Shown: positions 41,228 through 53,316 of the stretch, one piece after another | Numbering within the stretch: position 1 is the stretch's first letter | Layout: each line of letters opens with the position of its first letter | Assembly: GCA_010909165.1 (NCBI GenBank) | Contig: MU008183.1 | Span: forward strand, 372,001 to 436,000 | Direction of reading: 5' to 3' | DNA from: Anthoceros angustus | Taxonomy: Eukaryota; Plantae; Anthocerotophyta | Length of the DNA stretch: 64,000 nt | Notes under the pieces: model-generated | What the model was told of the DNA's origin: nothing | The model's input: only the letters and a program-made list of their open reading frames with translations | The model's database searches: none | Translations under genes and position numbers: made by a program

Positions 41228-43547
41228 TTACTTGACGCAGAAAGTGTAGAGACTTGTTCCTGCCGCTCCAACAAGTGGATAGCCAGATCCCACAAACGCG
41301 CAACCCTTGGAAATGGAAATCCCGCCTTGGCCGCCTCCGGCAATGGAGTCATAGCGCCACAGAACATCTCCAGTCCTGCCGTTGAGAGCAAAGATGCGGC
41401 CAGTCTGGTAGGAGGCGGTTGCGAACACCACTCCATTAGCAACGCTGACAGGCCCCACGGCAGGGACGTTGTTGGGAGTAGGAGTTGTCCACAGAATGGA
41501 CCCTGCAGCAAAGTTCAAACCCTTCGTGACCTGATGCCGTTCTTGCGCAGGCTAGCAGAAACGACGTGATTTGACAAAGGAGGAGATCCGCAAGGGTATG
41601 TAGCGTAGTGCACCTGTGGCTGCATGCAACGCCACCCATGCTCCGCCTTTTGTGGTTTTGTTTGAAGGAAGCAGTGTGTAAGTGAGATTGCCGGAGTTGG
41701 CATTGTTGGTGTACACATACTTGCCATCCGTGGAAGATCCCCAGATAGCACCTCCGGTGATCCCACCAGGTCCCGATACCTGATGACCAGAATGCAGCAA
41801 TGCAATGCAATTATTCTTCTTGTGAGAATGCCGTCAGCGGGCAGTCCATGTATTCTGCTCTTGCATGGTCTTTGTTTGCGGAAAGGAATGAGTACCGTGT
41901 TCCACACTACGTCACCGGTGTCTCGATCCAAAGCCCAGACTATGCCGCTCTTCTGCGCAGCCACTGCAACATCAACCCAGGAGGACTTCACTGGGATGGT
42001 AAGCAGCATGGGGGCTTCTCCAAAGTCGTAGTCCAAGGCAGGGCCTGGAGGACAGTTGGGATTGCCTCCAGGCAGAAGACACGCTGCATTCCAAGCATCA
42101 AAGCCTCCGACAGATGTGCCCCACCTGATGTGTCCACTGGCCAGCTCCAGGGCTAGTATGGAGTTTTCATGATTCCCCGGCTCCACACAAGGGTCAGGAA
42201 CCTACAATTTCAGCCTCGACAAACCTAGATCAATACAGACCCGCATCTGCCCACATATGAACTCGTATACAAACCAGATCAATACACGTGCCAATGCTAT
42301 CAGCTTGACCACTGCGCATGCACATCATCAGGTATGGATGCGAAGCTCACCTCGGGTTTGGAGCGGTTCTGCTGTTCCCGCAAGCATTCCACGATGGCTG
42401 GAGGAGTGTCGTACACGTTCCCTGTTGCTATGTACACCAGACCCCGAGCCAGGTCGATAGCAGGACTACTCCCCCAGACAGCAGCTCCGGAATACAGTCC
42501 TGGCTTGCCCCCATTGTCTGGCAGCATGCTAGTCTTCCACACTATCTTCCCAGTTCGGATATCCAGCTTCTGGAAACTCCCGATGAAGGTGCAGCAGTTG
42601 TAGTCTGGCAAATCCAGGGTTGCAGCTTCCTCTATTGAGGACACCCCGAAGTAGTACGACCTGCAACAGGAGGGCAGATTCTGAAACATCTCCATTGCTC
42701 TGAAGCTGCTGCATGAGCACCTACCATTAATAGTCAGAGTCGAATCTCGAAACAATGACTCCATCACAAAAACCTTTTGTGGACAGTCCCCGACTGCGTC
42801 AAAATAGCCCAAGGATGCTCGTCCACCAGAGTGGTCCACAGAACCCCTCCAGTGTGTCGATCAAGAGCAACGAGATAGGCAGGGCCGGCGAGTCCCACCA
42901 ACAGCGTGTTGTGAGCTACCACAGGCGTGGCCCTCGTGAATGCGTTGGATCCTGGAGACGCCACAACTTCCTCCTCAACCATTCTGATAGCAACAGTGAC
43001 CATGCCAAATTCCATGTTCCCGGCGATGGAAGCATTCACGTACCAATCAGAGTGCGGTATCCAATACCACCCAGGATACCCGTGGCCTGCGTCAAATTGG
43101 TGGACCAAAGAAGCCATCCAGTCTCCTGCTCCACCGCGCACACAGTACCGGACCAGGTGGGGAAATAGAGCACCCCCTTGTAGATTGCAGGAGTAGCGGA
43201 AATGCCGCCTCCGGCATCAAATTCCCACTTGAGAGCCAGGCGCTGGGCTGTGTGAACGCTGATGGTTTTCTCTGTCTTTGCGAACCTCCAATTATGCAGC
43301 CCTCCTCCATGATTCACCCACTGACAAGGATCGAAATGCAGGGGCCCGGATTCGTCAATCATACCGCGCCCGCGTCCATGCTACTGCATGAACCGCCTTC
43401 AGGTTCAGACTAAGATGTGCGTACCTGGTCTCCAGAGGAAGCAGCTGCTGCTGCCTGAGGCAGATAGATCGCAAGGGGTAAGAAAATGGCAAGAATGAGG
43501 CGAGCTCCAGCTCCAGCCCGGCAATGGGAATGGGAATGCCTCATCAT
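41228..43547 (-). CDS. Secreted PQQ-type beta-propeller protein, copy E; 7 exons
   Basis: MMRHSHSHCRAGAGARLILAIFLPLAIYLPQAAAAASSGDQ|WVNHGG ... CCTFIGS ... LYTFCVK. Confidence 0.9.
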
Positions 43548-44542
43548 GTTCAACTTCCAGTTTGGCGGTGGAAGCCCGGGCCGGCTCGGCTCTAAAAGCC
43601 GACGAAGAGTCTGGAGCACGGAATTGCACATCTCATTTTCTATGTTGTCGCCCTTGGACTTTCGCCTGGCAACCAGGTGTGTCCTGCACGGCACTGCACC
43701 GCACCATGGCGGCTAGATCATCCGGAGTCCAGACTTCCTCGTACCGACAAAACACCGGTGGTTATCCAGAGTGTTTCTGAGCAACAGCGCGCCACATTCC
43801 CGGAATCATGCCACACTGGCATGATTCCGCCCGGGGAATCATGCCAGTGTGATCGAACCCGGTCACCCACCACCTAATCAGAAAGCAGTAGCACCAACAA
43901 CGACAACTTCATTCATGTGTACTAAGGATGGAAGAACTACCATAGAGGAGAAGATCAGAGGATTAGTGCGTCGCTCACAGGACTGCGGGTCCCATAGATG
44001 GAGTCCGCATTCCCTAGTGCAGACTTTATCTTTGGATGAGGTTTGCGTGTTGAGATCGAGAATAGGCAATTATCTTTGGGTGGGGGTTAGATCTTCAGCA
44101 CATGGATAGATATTTGCTATGCGGCAGCTTTCACCTTGATGTCGGTTAGGCCAACATGTGGCAAGGTAGAGTATGGTACACCACCATTGCCTGCCCTCCT
44201 CCCTCACCTGTGCCCAATGAAGAGTACAGGCAAGTCCGTAAACAAAGTGCTCACTGCAACACATGTTGCGATACCGTGGCTTACTTTTGGGAAAGGTGGG
44301 CCAAAGTATGAGGGCATTGTACCTGACTTAGGACAGATTTTCATCTCCGAATGACCATTGATAGGGCAAGATCTCTTCTGTTCGTCCAATATCTGCATGT
44401 AACCATATTTTAATGCAACGAGGAAATAGGAATGATTGACAAGTTCATCATCCCAACCCAGAGCAAATCCTGGATTATCAACACTTACAGGGTTAGATGA
44501 CTCCGCTGACGAGCCTTATACATATGTAGCCCTCGCACATCT

Positions 44543-47500
44543 TCAAACAGTAAGCAGTGCTCCCCCAGCTTGGTTTTCTCTCTCAATTTTGCACTGCTCC
44601 AAGAGCTCAACTAATCTTTGCAGTGCTGGTTCATTTGCACTTCCTTGCCATGCATCGAACTTTGACCCTGAACACCTGTATGCTTCAAAGGTGCATTAGG
44701 ATACTGATAGTATTGCATCTGTTTCTCCGAGCAGGCAGATTTTCGGAGGATTGACACTCACATGTATATGAGCCTGCAGATCTCTTGTACTTCAGCCTCG
44801 ATATCAGCAGAAAAGCCTCTTCCCCGTGCGTTCTTATACACTTCAATCAACTCTTCCCAAAGTCTGCCAAGCCAGTGTATGGTCAGTGCAAACTCCACAG
44901 AAAGGCTACGTAACCCAATTCGTGCTTTACCTATTTGCATGGGAAGGAATTCTGCACCATGTGCGCAAGATAATTTGCCGTAGGATACGAAGACTCTATT
45001 CCAAACACAAAAAGTATTACTTGCTATGCTTCCGTACACATCGCAAGATTTGCTCCCAGGAGATGGTCAAGGTTTGGAACAAACCAAAATGCAGGTCAAG
45101 TCGTCTGGAGATAGCAACCACCTTGAGAGAAGTGGGAGCAGACGCTTGAAATGTGCAACGAGAATAAGGCCCATCGCCTCCAGCTGAGGTAGTATTGACT
45201 TAAGCCAGACAATTCTCCGATCTTGATCATCTGCATTTCTCTCCAGTTCTCCCAGCATTTCAACCAATACCCGCCCGTACCTTCACAGACGTGACAACAA
45301 AAATAAGAGATGCAAAAGTACTCTTCAGATGTTTTCCCAAGAACCGAGAAAATTGAGCTTAAGCTGAAAAGAGTGACTACAGTACCAGATGCCCCGTGGA
45401 TTCCGCCCCTCTATGCGACAAACAAGCTTCACAGCCATCCGTACAGCAAGTGGCCATAGGTCACCGCAACCAATCAAACTGCGACAGACAGCATCAAGAA
45501 TGGCATCCCCATACCATCGAAGTTCTGACACGTTCAAATTCAGCCCCAAGTGTAACAAGCTCCTCATACCCTGTCTCTGCAAGCCCACAACACACCAAGT
45601 GATTTAAGTACCAGAAAGAAAAGTGAATCAAAGCCAGATCAGGCACACAACTCTTCAAACACAATCTTGTTACCGACAAAACAGCGTGTGCAATACCTTG
45701 ACAGCTGGAGAATAATGGTCCAAGGTAGTCAACGCACAAGGAACAAGCAACTCACAGTGAGCTCCCAGGTGAGGATGTTGCACCTGCCATGTGCACCATT
45801 ATCGATGTCAAGTCACTGCAGGTGCACTGGAGAGATGCCTCTATACCAGGCACAAGAAACATGGTCCTTGATATTTAAAACCTGGACAGAAAATAGACTA
45901 CCTGTCTTAGACACCACTCTAACTGGTGTGATGCTACGATAGATGCGCCTATATCGCCACCTTCCGGAGAGATGTAAATACTATCTGCAGTGCCAATGTT
46001 GGAGCTACTCTTGATGATCTCCTTGATTCTTGGGATCATGACTGGCAACAGGGACAAGATCAAGCCTCCAATCCCCCCAACCTTCATGTCTGCTCTTCGT
46101 GCCTTGCTAACATCCGGTGTAGTCTCATCGTTTGACAGTGAACCACCAATCTTTGCCTCAACTGCCTTTGACAATAAGCAAGCCGCATTGACTGCCAACT
46201 TTTGTAAGTCTGTCGAGGTCCATGAAACATCAGTTTCTTCCCTCCCTTCAGGACAGGCAAGAGCAGCAAACGCCAGAAATAAATCTTGAACCAACGCCTG
46301 CCTGTCCTCCAAGTCCAGGGTTAACCAAGAAATATCCTCTAAGATGGAAGTTGCTATCTGCACGAAAGAGTCTGCGCGCTCCAAAAATTGGTTTGCAGCA
46401 CTTTGAAGGCTCTCCACACTACCACCTTTGCTGAGCTCAGGTGGTATCTGGAGAACCTGGGACATCAGAAATGAACAGATCATGTTGGGCATAAAGACTC
46501 ATGCATTCACAGCCATCACTGAAACTCGGGCATGCAACTGCTTCTCACCTCAACAATGTACCGCAATGCGGCAACGTCCATTCCAGAAGCCCCATCTGTT
46601 CTCCTGCAAGCAGCCGGTAGGAGATCCTTGTGTACTGGCAAATCACCATACCAATCTTTGCTACGTAGGGCTGAACTGAGGCCTCTCAGGACTGTTTCTT
46701 CTGACACAACCCGTAGAGCTTCTGCTTCTTCGTCCCCTAATATTCGACCTCGCTCATAGAATCTTGCTACCCAATCAAATGTATGTGCCCCAGCCTTTGG
46801 ACTTAACATCGCAAGAAGTGAAGTTCTGTAGAAGGGTCTCCCCATGGACCTACAAGACCGGATGCTATTTCAGCACCAACTGCAGAATGCACAAGCACGT
46901 ACATGACTATGAAGACACACTGAACAAACACTACCTGACTAGATCTGTGAGTCTGACACGCAAGGATCGATCCCCGCGTTTCTCTGCTTCCTCCAGAGCA
47001 GCAGTAGCAGCTACAAGTAAGAGAGGCAGCCTGTCCAGTCGCCTACCTTGAGCCTGTTCAAAAAATGGTGGTCCAGGCAAAAGCAGCATTCCTATGATAG
47101 CATTCGTGCTATCCAGGAGCCATGCATCGTCAGAGAGTGTGTGCATACTCTTGGCTCCTCCTTGTTCTACGATCATCGCCAGAGAGGATTTGATGAACTT
47201 ATCCACTAGCTTCAAAATTGCATCCTACAGCAGGAAAGAAGTGCCAGAACGGCAAACGGGTCAAGCTCATCTTAGAGCACAGATCCTAGCAACAAGAGTG
47301 TGAAACTGATCTGCAAAGAAATCCACCTCAAGACCATCTGGTGAGGAGAGCAGCATGAGTTTCAGCACAGCTTCACACCCGCTCTTCTGAACTTCGGGCA
47401 CCGGGTCCATACATGTGCGAAGTATCCCACCAAGTAGATCAGAATACCTGCAAACGATAGCCAAGAGGTCAACAGACAGCAAATTTACAACAAATAGGAC

Positions 47501-48502
47501 GACATTGCAGAAAGGTATTATCTACTGCGTGAGTCAGTTGAAGGCCATACACATCTTTCGGTAACTGCTCAAACTTGATTGAAATTACTGTCTTGGCTCC
47601 ATCAACAGCAGCAAGCCTCACCTGCACCAATCCCTCAATCGTTCACTGTGCTGCAGCAAATATGGTATCGGCAAGGACTTCGGAGACGACAGGATCTCTC
47701 AAATGCCTATACCTGTAAATGGTCCGAAGCAAGGCCGAAAACCAGCACCTTCAGCAGATCTTCCAGGGCAGAAGACGCGGTGGATAGAAAACCCAATCCG
47801 GAGCTTGTGACCCGCCCTGAATTGCCACACATTTTGCCCTCATTGACAGCGACGCAAACTGCCAACTGCACAGCTGCAGCCCTGGCACGCCATCTGCGCG
47901 CCTTGAGGCCACCAACCCCGGCCACCTCAGGCCAGACTCTGTCCAAAGACAACGCCATCCCCAGATTCCGTACCGATTCTCCATCACTATCCTTCAGACC
48001 TGGATCCCAATCGAGAGCAACAACGGAAGCAAGATTCTTCAGGCTCACGAGCCACTGAGCACAAAGGCTCGGAAACTGTCGGCCTAGATTGGAAGCAACG
48101 CTCCCTCCGGTCCCAGACCCAAAACCAGTCAGGCAGCACATGGCACAAGATGAGAGAAACGCCTGCGCTGCAGCAGCCTGTTCAGGTCCCCGTCCTGCAC
48201 GCACCCACCAGATTGCTCGTCACCCCACCAAATTGGTAGCCAGCAGAAGGCCATCGACAGGAGAGCCACATACCCGTCAGCTCCTGCCCAGTGTGTAGAA
48301 CGACAGCACTGGCCTTTTCCGCAGCAGAAACCGCAGCAGCAGCTTCCTCCTCATCGATTTTCTCCTGTTGAAGCAGCTGACAGCATTGCACAAACTTCGC
48401 TGCTTCACGATCGACGTCCCCGGACGAGGCCAGGGGCGTGCCATCGCCTGCCTGCTCGGCAATGGCCCCCGGCATCACTGCCCCGGCACCGGCAGACGTC
48501 AT
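44543..48502 (-). CDS. TTI2: HEAT/ARM-repeat protein, TTI2 (TELO2-interacting protein 2)/At2g39910-like; ~11 exons
   Basis: ELRWYGDAILDAVC, EMLGELER..RRIVWL..MGLILVAHFKRLLPL and GRLWEELIEVYK resemble the plant TTI2-type C-terminal region. The 5' exons are inferred from splice sites, so the start is less certain. Confidence 0.65.
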
Positions 48503-48695
48503 GGTTTGGCTGGCTACGAAATCCCTTGTAGACGAGATTAGGGGACTGCGGCTTCGGTTTCGAAGCCAATGGGGTGTGCGCATAAAAAGTGTGTCGGGGA
48601 AGAATTTCTAGTGTACATAACAATACATGCATACAATGGATGGTCCAGACAATGAAGGATCCATCCCTGGAGTTGTCCTCCAGTCCAGTGAGAGG

Positions 48696-51336
48696 CTAGC
48701 TGGTTCCAGCGGCTTCCACATCCTGCGAAGAACTCCCCTGCCCGGTGCCGTCAGTCTGCACCATGATGCCGATAGCCTGCATCGTGGTGCCGTCCCTCTG
48801 CAGCATGGTCTCCTCGTAGACAGAGGTAGGGAACTCTCCGGCTCCAATACTGACGCTTGCGGGGTTCAGCGGATGAAACATCCAGCGGACTCTGCAGCCT
48901 CGTCCCTGAACAGCGGAGATCGCGTCTTTCGGCACAAATTTCTGGACGCTGTGGAAGAGCTTCACCTTCTTGAGGCTGGGGCATTCCAGCAGCACCTCCT
49001 GATAACAATCCGGCGTGACGTTCTTCATGTCCACCATATAAAGGTGGAGGAGGCACTTGAGGTCCGCGATCGCCAACACCGCCACATTCGTGACGAGAGT
49101 GTGGGAGAGGTTGACATGTTGAAGGCTGGGGCAACCTGCTACAAGGGCCAAGATGCCGTCATCACCGATCCCTTGGCAGTGCTTGAAATCCAAGTACGTG
49201 AGCCGCTTGCACCCGAGTCCCAGGGAAGCAAGGCCGGTGGAGGACACACGGTTGCAGCCTCGCATCTCAATCTGGTGCAGCTCAGTCAGCTGGGACAGAG
49301 AGCGTACGGCATCGTCAGTAATGTTCCGACAGTAGGACAGGTTGATGGTCTTCAACCTGCGACAGCCAGCGCCGATAGCGGCGATGCCCGCATCGCCTAC
49401 ACGTATCGATCTGCTCCAACCGCGATGAAGGAGGAGATTAGTCGGAAACACATGAGCAGGCAGTCCATGAGAAGACGAAGCCGGATCTGGATGGACATGC
49501 ACCTGTAGAAGTCGATCTCCCGAAGGTTGCTGCAACTAGCACCGATGTGCTCCACTCCCGCATCTGTGATCCAGCAGATCCCTAGTTTCAGCTGCCGAAG
49601 CGCGGAACACCGTGCGACCGACTTCAGTCCTGCCAATTCAGCCAGCCAGCCAGGAAGCGCGTTAGCAGAAAAGAAGCGGAAGCGGGTTCCGTTCCAAAGC
49701 AGGCAGGCAGGCAGGCAGGCCGTAGGAGTTCCAACCAACCTTCATCGGTGATGCAGGTGTCCGTGAGGTCCAGTTCTTCCAACCAGGGGCAGCCCAGGCC
49801 CAGAGAAGCTAACCCGGCGTCGCTGATGGCCGCGCAGGCTTCCATCCTCAAAGACCGCAGCCCTCTGCACCATGTGGTGACATGCCCCAAGGCCCGGTCG
49901 GTGATGTGCCTGCAGCATGTGAGATCCAGCGTGTGGAGAGCTCCACACTGGGACACCACGGCCTCTATCCCCTCGTCCGTCACGCCATAGCACTTGCTCA
50001 GGCTCAACTCCTTCAGATCCTTGCACCCCCTTCCCACGGACTCCAGCCCCTTCTCGGACACGGTGCATCCATCCAGCTTCACGGTTTCCAGGCTGGGAAA
50101 GCTGGGCAACCTGGCCAGAGACTCGCCCGTGAACTGCAACACCAGCAAGACAACACATTCATCAGCGATCTGTTCTACCTTCCTTCCTTCCGTTCTTCAT
50201 ATTCCACTGCAATCCATTCCCTAACAGTGTTAGCGTGCTGCAACACCAACCAACCTGAGCATTATGCGTGAGCGCAAGCTGGCGCAAAGCCACGCTGCCG
50301 CCATCGCCAGCCAAGCTGAGGATGCCGGCGTGGGTGACGCCGGGGCACTTGGACACGTCCAGCTTCTGCAGGGACTTGCAATTCCTCTTGAGGAGCGTGA
50401 GCCCCTGGTCATCGATGTTGGTGCACCTCACCAAGTGCAGCGTCTCCAAGCAGCCCAGCCCGGAGATAGGCTTCAGGCACTCGTTCGTGACCTGTCACAT
50501 CGGCATCACCAACTCAACTTGCTTAGCATGGCGAGCGAAGTCACGGGCGTCACGGCCGCAGCAGCGCGGGCGTGAAGCACCCGTGAGCAGGCCAAGAAAC
50601 AATCATGAATCACACCCTCGAACAAGCAAAGAAGCAACAATGATGAAGCGGCATGGGCCCCCCACTCCGTGCGGCTGCATAGTAGAGAGCCCTCCAGTAC
50701 CTCGGTGAAGCAGAGGTCGAGGGAGCGGAGGCGGGCGCATCCCTGCGCCACCATAGCCACGCCCTTGTCCGTGATCTTGACGCAGCACTTGAGGGAGAGG
50801 AGCTCCAGCTGCGGGCAGCCGGCGGCAATGCAAGCGAGGCCGACGTCGGTGAGGCGCTGGCATTTGGCGAGGCGCAGCAGGCGGAGCTCCGGCAGGCGGC
50901 TCAGCGGCAGCAGGTACAGGTCCGCGACATGGCCGCAGTTGGAGAGATCGAGGTCGCGGAGACGGGAGCAGGAGGCGGCCATGGCGCACAGGCCGGCGTG
51001 CGTGAAGCCCGCCACCTTGGCTGCCGAGCTCCCGGAGGCGAGGCCCGCGGCCCGCGCCAGAGCCTCCATCGCCGCGTCCGTCACCCGCCGCGCCAGCGAC
51101 AGATCCACGCTCTCCACCATCGGGAAGCGCTGCAGCAGAGGTTCCAGTGTGCCGGGATTGTGCGGCCGCACCCGCTTCCGCACGCTCGCCTCCAGGTCCC
51201 GCATCCTCTTGCACACGGCCCGCCAAGCCTGCCGGTCCGCCGCATCCCCGACCTTCTCCAGCACCTCCAGCAGCAGCTCGTCGCTCAGGTCCTCCATCCC
51301 GCTCCTCCTCCGAGCTGAGACGGCCCTTCCCGCCAT
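48696..51336 (-). CDS. FBL3: F-box/LRR-repeat protein (FBL3-like, AMN1-type LRRs); multi-exon
   Basis: F-box MEDLSDELLLEVLEKV..WRAVCKR followed by many LxxLDLxxCxxITDxG repeats, including LKSVARCSALRQLKLGIC. Confidence 0.85.
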
Positions 51337-53316
51337 CTCCCGAGACCGTGAGTTTCTCATTCCTCCTCCTCTTCCTGCTCTTCCCTCCTCCTCCTCCTCC
51401 CCTTCGTCCTTCCTCTTCCTCCTCGTCTTCCTCCGCTCAAGCCCCTCGATCCGAAGCCCCTCAAGCCTCTCCTCTCCAGCCTGTGGCGTGCGCAGTCGTG
51501 AAGGAGAGAGGGCCGGAAGCAGCTAGGAATCTTCCTTGTTCATCACATATCTCGCCTAGCAGAGCCTGTGGTGGGTGTCGCGGCCCGCGGTCCGCTTCTT
51601 CCCCGAGAGCACCGTGACCAACGTGTCTGGACTAGCAGGCGGCTACTGGCGCGGGTCTGGTACGGAAGTGCCCGGTCCGAGTACGTCTGAAGCGTTATGT
51701 ACACTTCCGTACCAGCAGTGGAAGGTCTGTCCCGGCCCGTACCCCGGCTCTATCTCGCCCGTGCACGACTCGTCCGGAAGGAACCTCCCCCCTTGCAGGT
51801 CCCACCACGCTCTTCGGCTCTAGTGTAACAGTGCCAAGTGGGGGCGGGGGCAAGTGGCAACGCCACCACTTTTCACCACTTCTTACTGCATCGACTCTCA
51901 GACATGGATTACATATGTAGCCTATCTCACATAAGCATGTGACTAAACCATCGGTGGAAAGTCGAGTCCCCGAGCCTGTTGCCTGATGGAGAAGTGGTTT
52001 TCGGATATAGGGTTTCTTGATCCGGATTTACATGATATCCTGGTAGATTACGAACGTAATCAGCTTCAAGCTGTCGACGCAACATGCGTACGGTACCGTG
52101 GTACCTACCAGGTACCAGGTGCCGTGACCCATGGGCCATGCCGACACGAGCCTGATAAATTACATAAAATATATTAGACCAGGTAAGTATTTTCGTGGCT
52201 TTGGAAGCTCCGGCTAAATACTACCCGTGTACGTACATATTGGAATTTCTTACCTGGAAGGTTCTCAGCATCCTATGCCATCTCGGGTTCATCCCAGCGC
52301 ATCCCCTCTCATCGTTTCTCTCCTCGGCTCCATCTCCACGTGGACTGCGTAAAGCGGCCATGGCATGAAGGTTCAAGGTTCCCAACATGCCGCTAGGCGA
52401 CATGATGTCAGAACTCTTCTTTTACCCAGTGGGCAGCGAGCTCAATTATGCGTGTTATATATACGATTGCGAGAATGCTTGTACATATTTGGTCTATTTG
52501 GAAATCGATCCAAATTTGAGGGATTCTGTAGGTTCGGATGGTGTGACGGTGTCAATTGGTCCAGTGATTATGGACCTAAGTACTTGGTGCTAATAGCTAA
52601 TAGCTAATGACTAATAAAAAGGCTTTCAACAAGTGCTTGCTGTCAGATGCCTCGAAATTTGTGCTCCTTCCCGGAGCCTCGGAATCGGCCACATGTGATG
52701 AGTGTGATAGGCTGGAGATAACAAAGGTAGATATATGCGATTCCGCATCCTGCAATTTCAGTGGAAGAGACTCCAGTCCTCCAGCGTGAAGGTTGACAAA
52801 GGAGACCCAGTCGTTGTTGCACTTGAACCACCTGGTTCTGCGCTGTGTCTAAACCCACTAGGCTGAAAAGCTTAGCTGGTAATAACATGGACTGAAGGAA
52901 CGTGACGCATGTGGCAGAGTAGGCTGCTTTGATACATGCAAGGGGAAGAGGATACCATCTGCATGACCGCTGAGATTTGTGCACTACATGTGGTGTCTGT
53001 GACGACCAGCAGGAGGTGGTGGCCGGGTCTGGCATCCACCATGGCGGTTTGGAGCGTTGCACTTGAGTCTTGCAAAGGGCAACAGGATCCGTTCTGGGGA
53101 CAGGTTTCCTGGACCCAGGGACAGAATGGTGGGCTGACAGGTGTTTTAGGAGGATGTCATCCAGTTCGCGTGACCTCAGGGTACCAGCTGCTGGGACAGA
53201 ACCATGGTAGTACCTTGACAACACAGGCAGCCCGTCGAAGAGGGTGTTGGCGAAGTAGGAAGAGCCGGCGTTGGCCTGACTTGCGGCGTATCCAGTCCCA
53301 GGAGGTGCTGTGGCTG

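Noticed and set aside
24125-43547. UPS, methyltransferase and PQQ genes as a biosynthetic gene cluster
   Set aside because: There is no scaffold-forming enzyme, the neighbours are housekeeping genes (MOG1, NKAP), and the duplicated UPS was lost. Only co-expression data could revive the idea.
50669-51617. Plus-strand ORFs over the F-box gene
   Set aside because: Stop-poor GC-rich antisense frames.
51620-52260. GTACC/GGTAC-rich intergenic stretch as a MITE
   Set aside because: I could not identify terminal inverted repeats or a target-site duplication.
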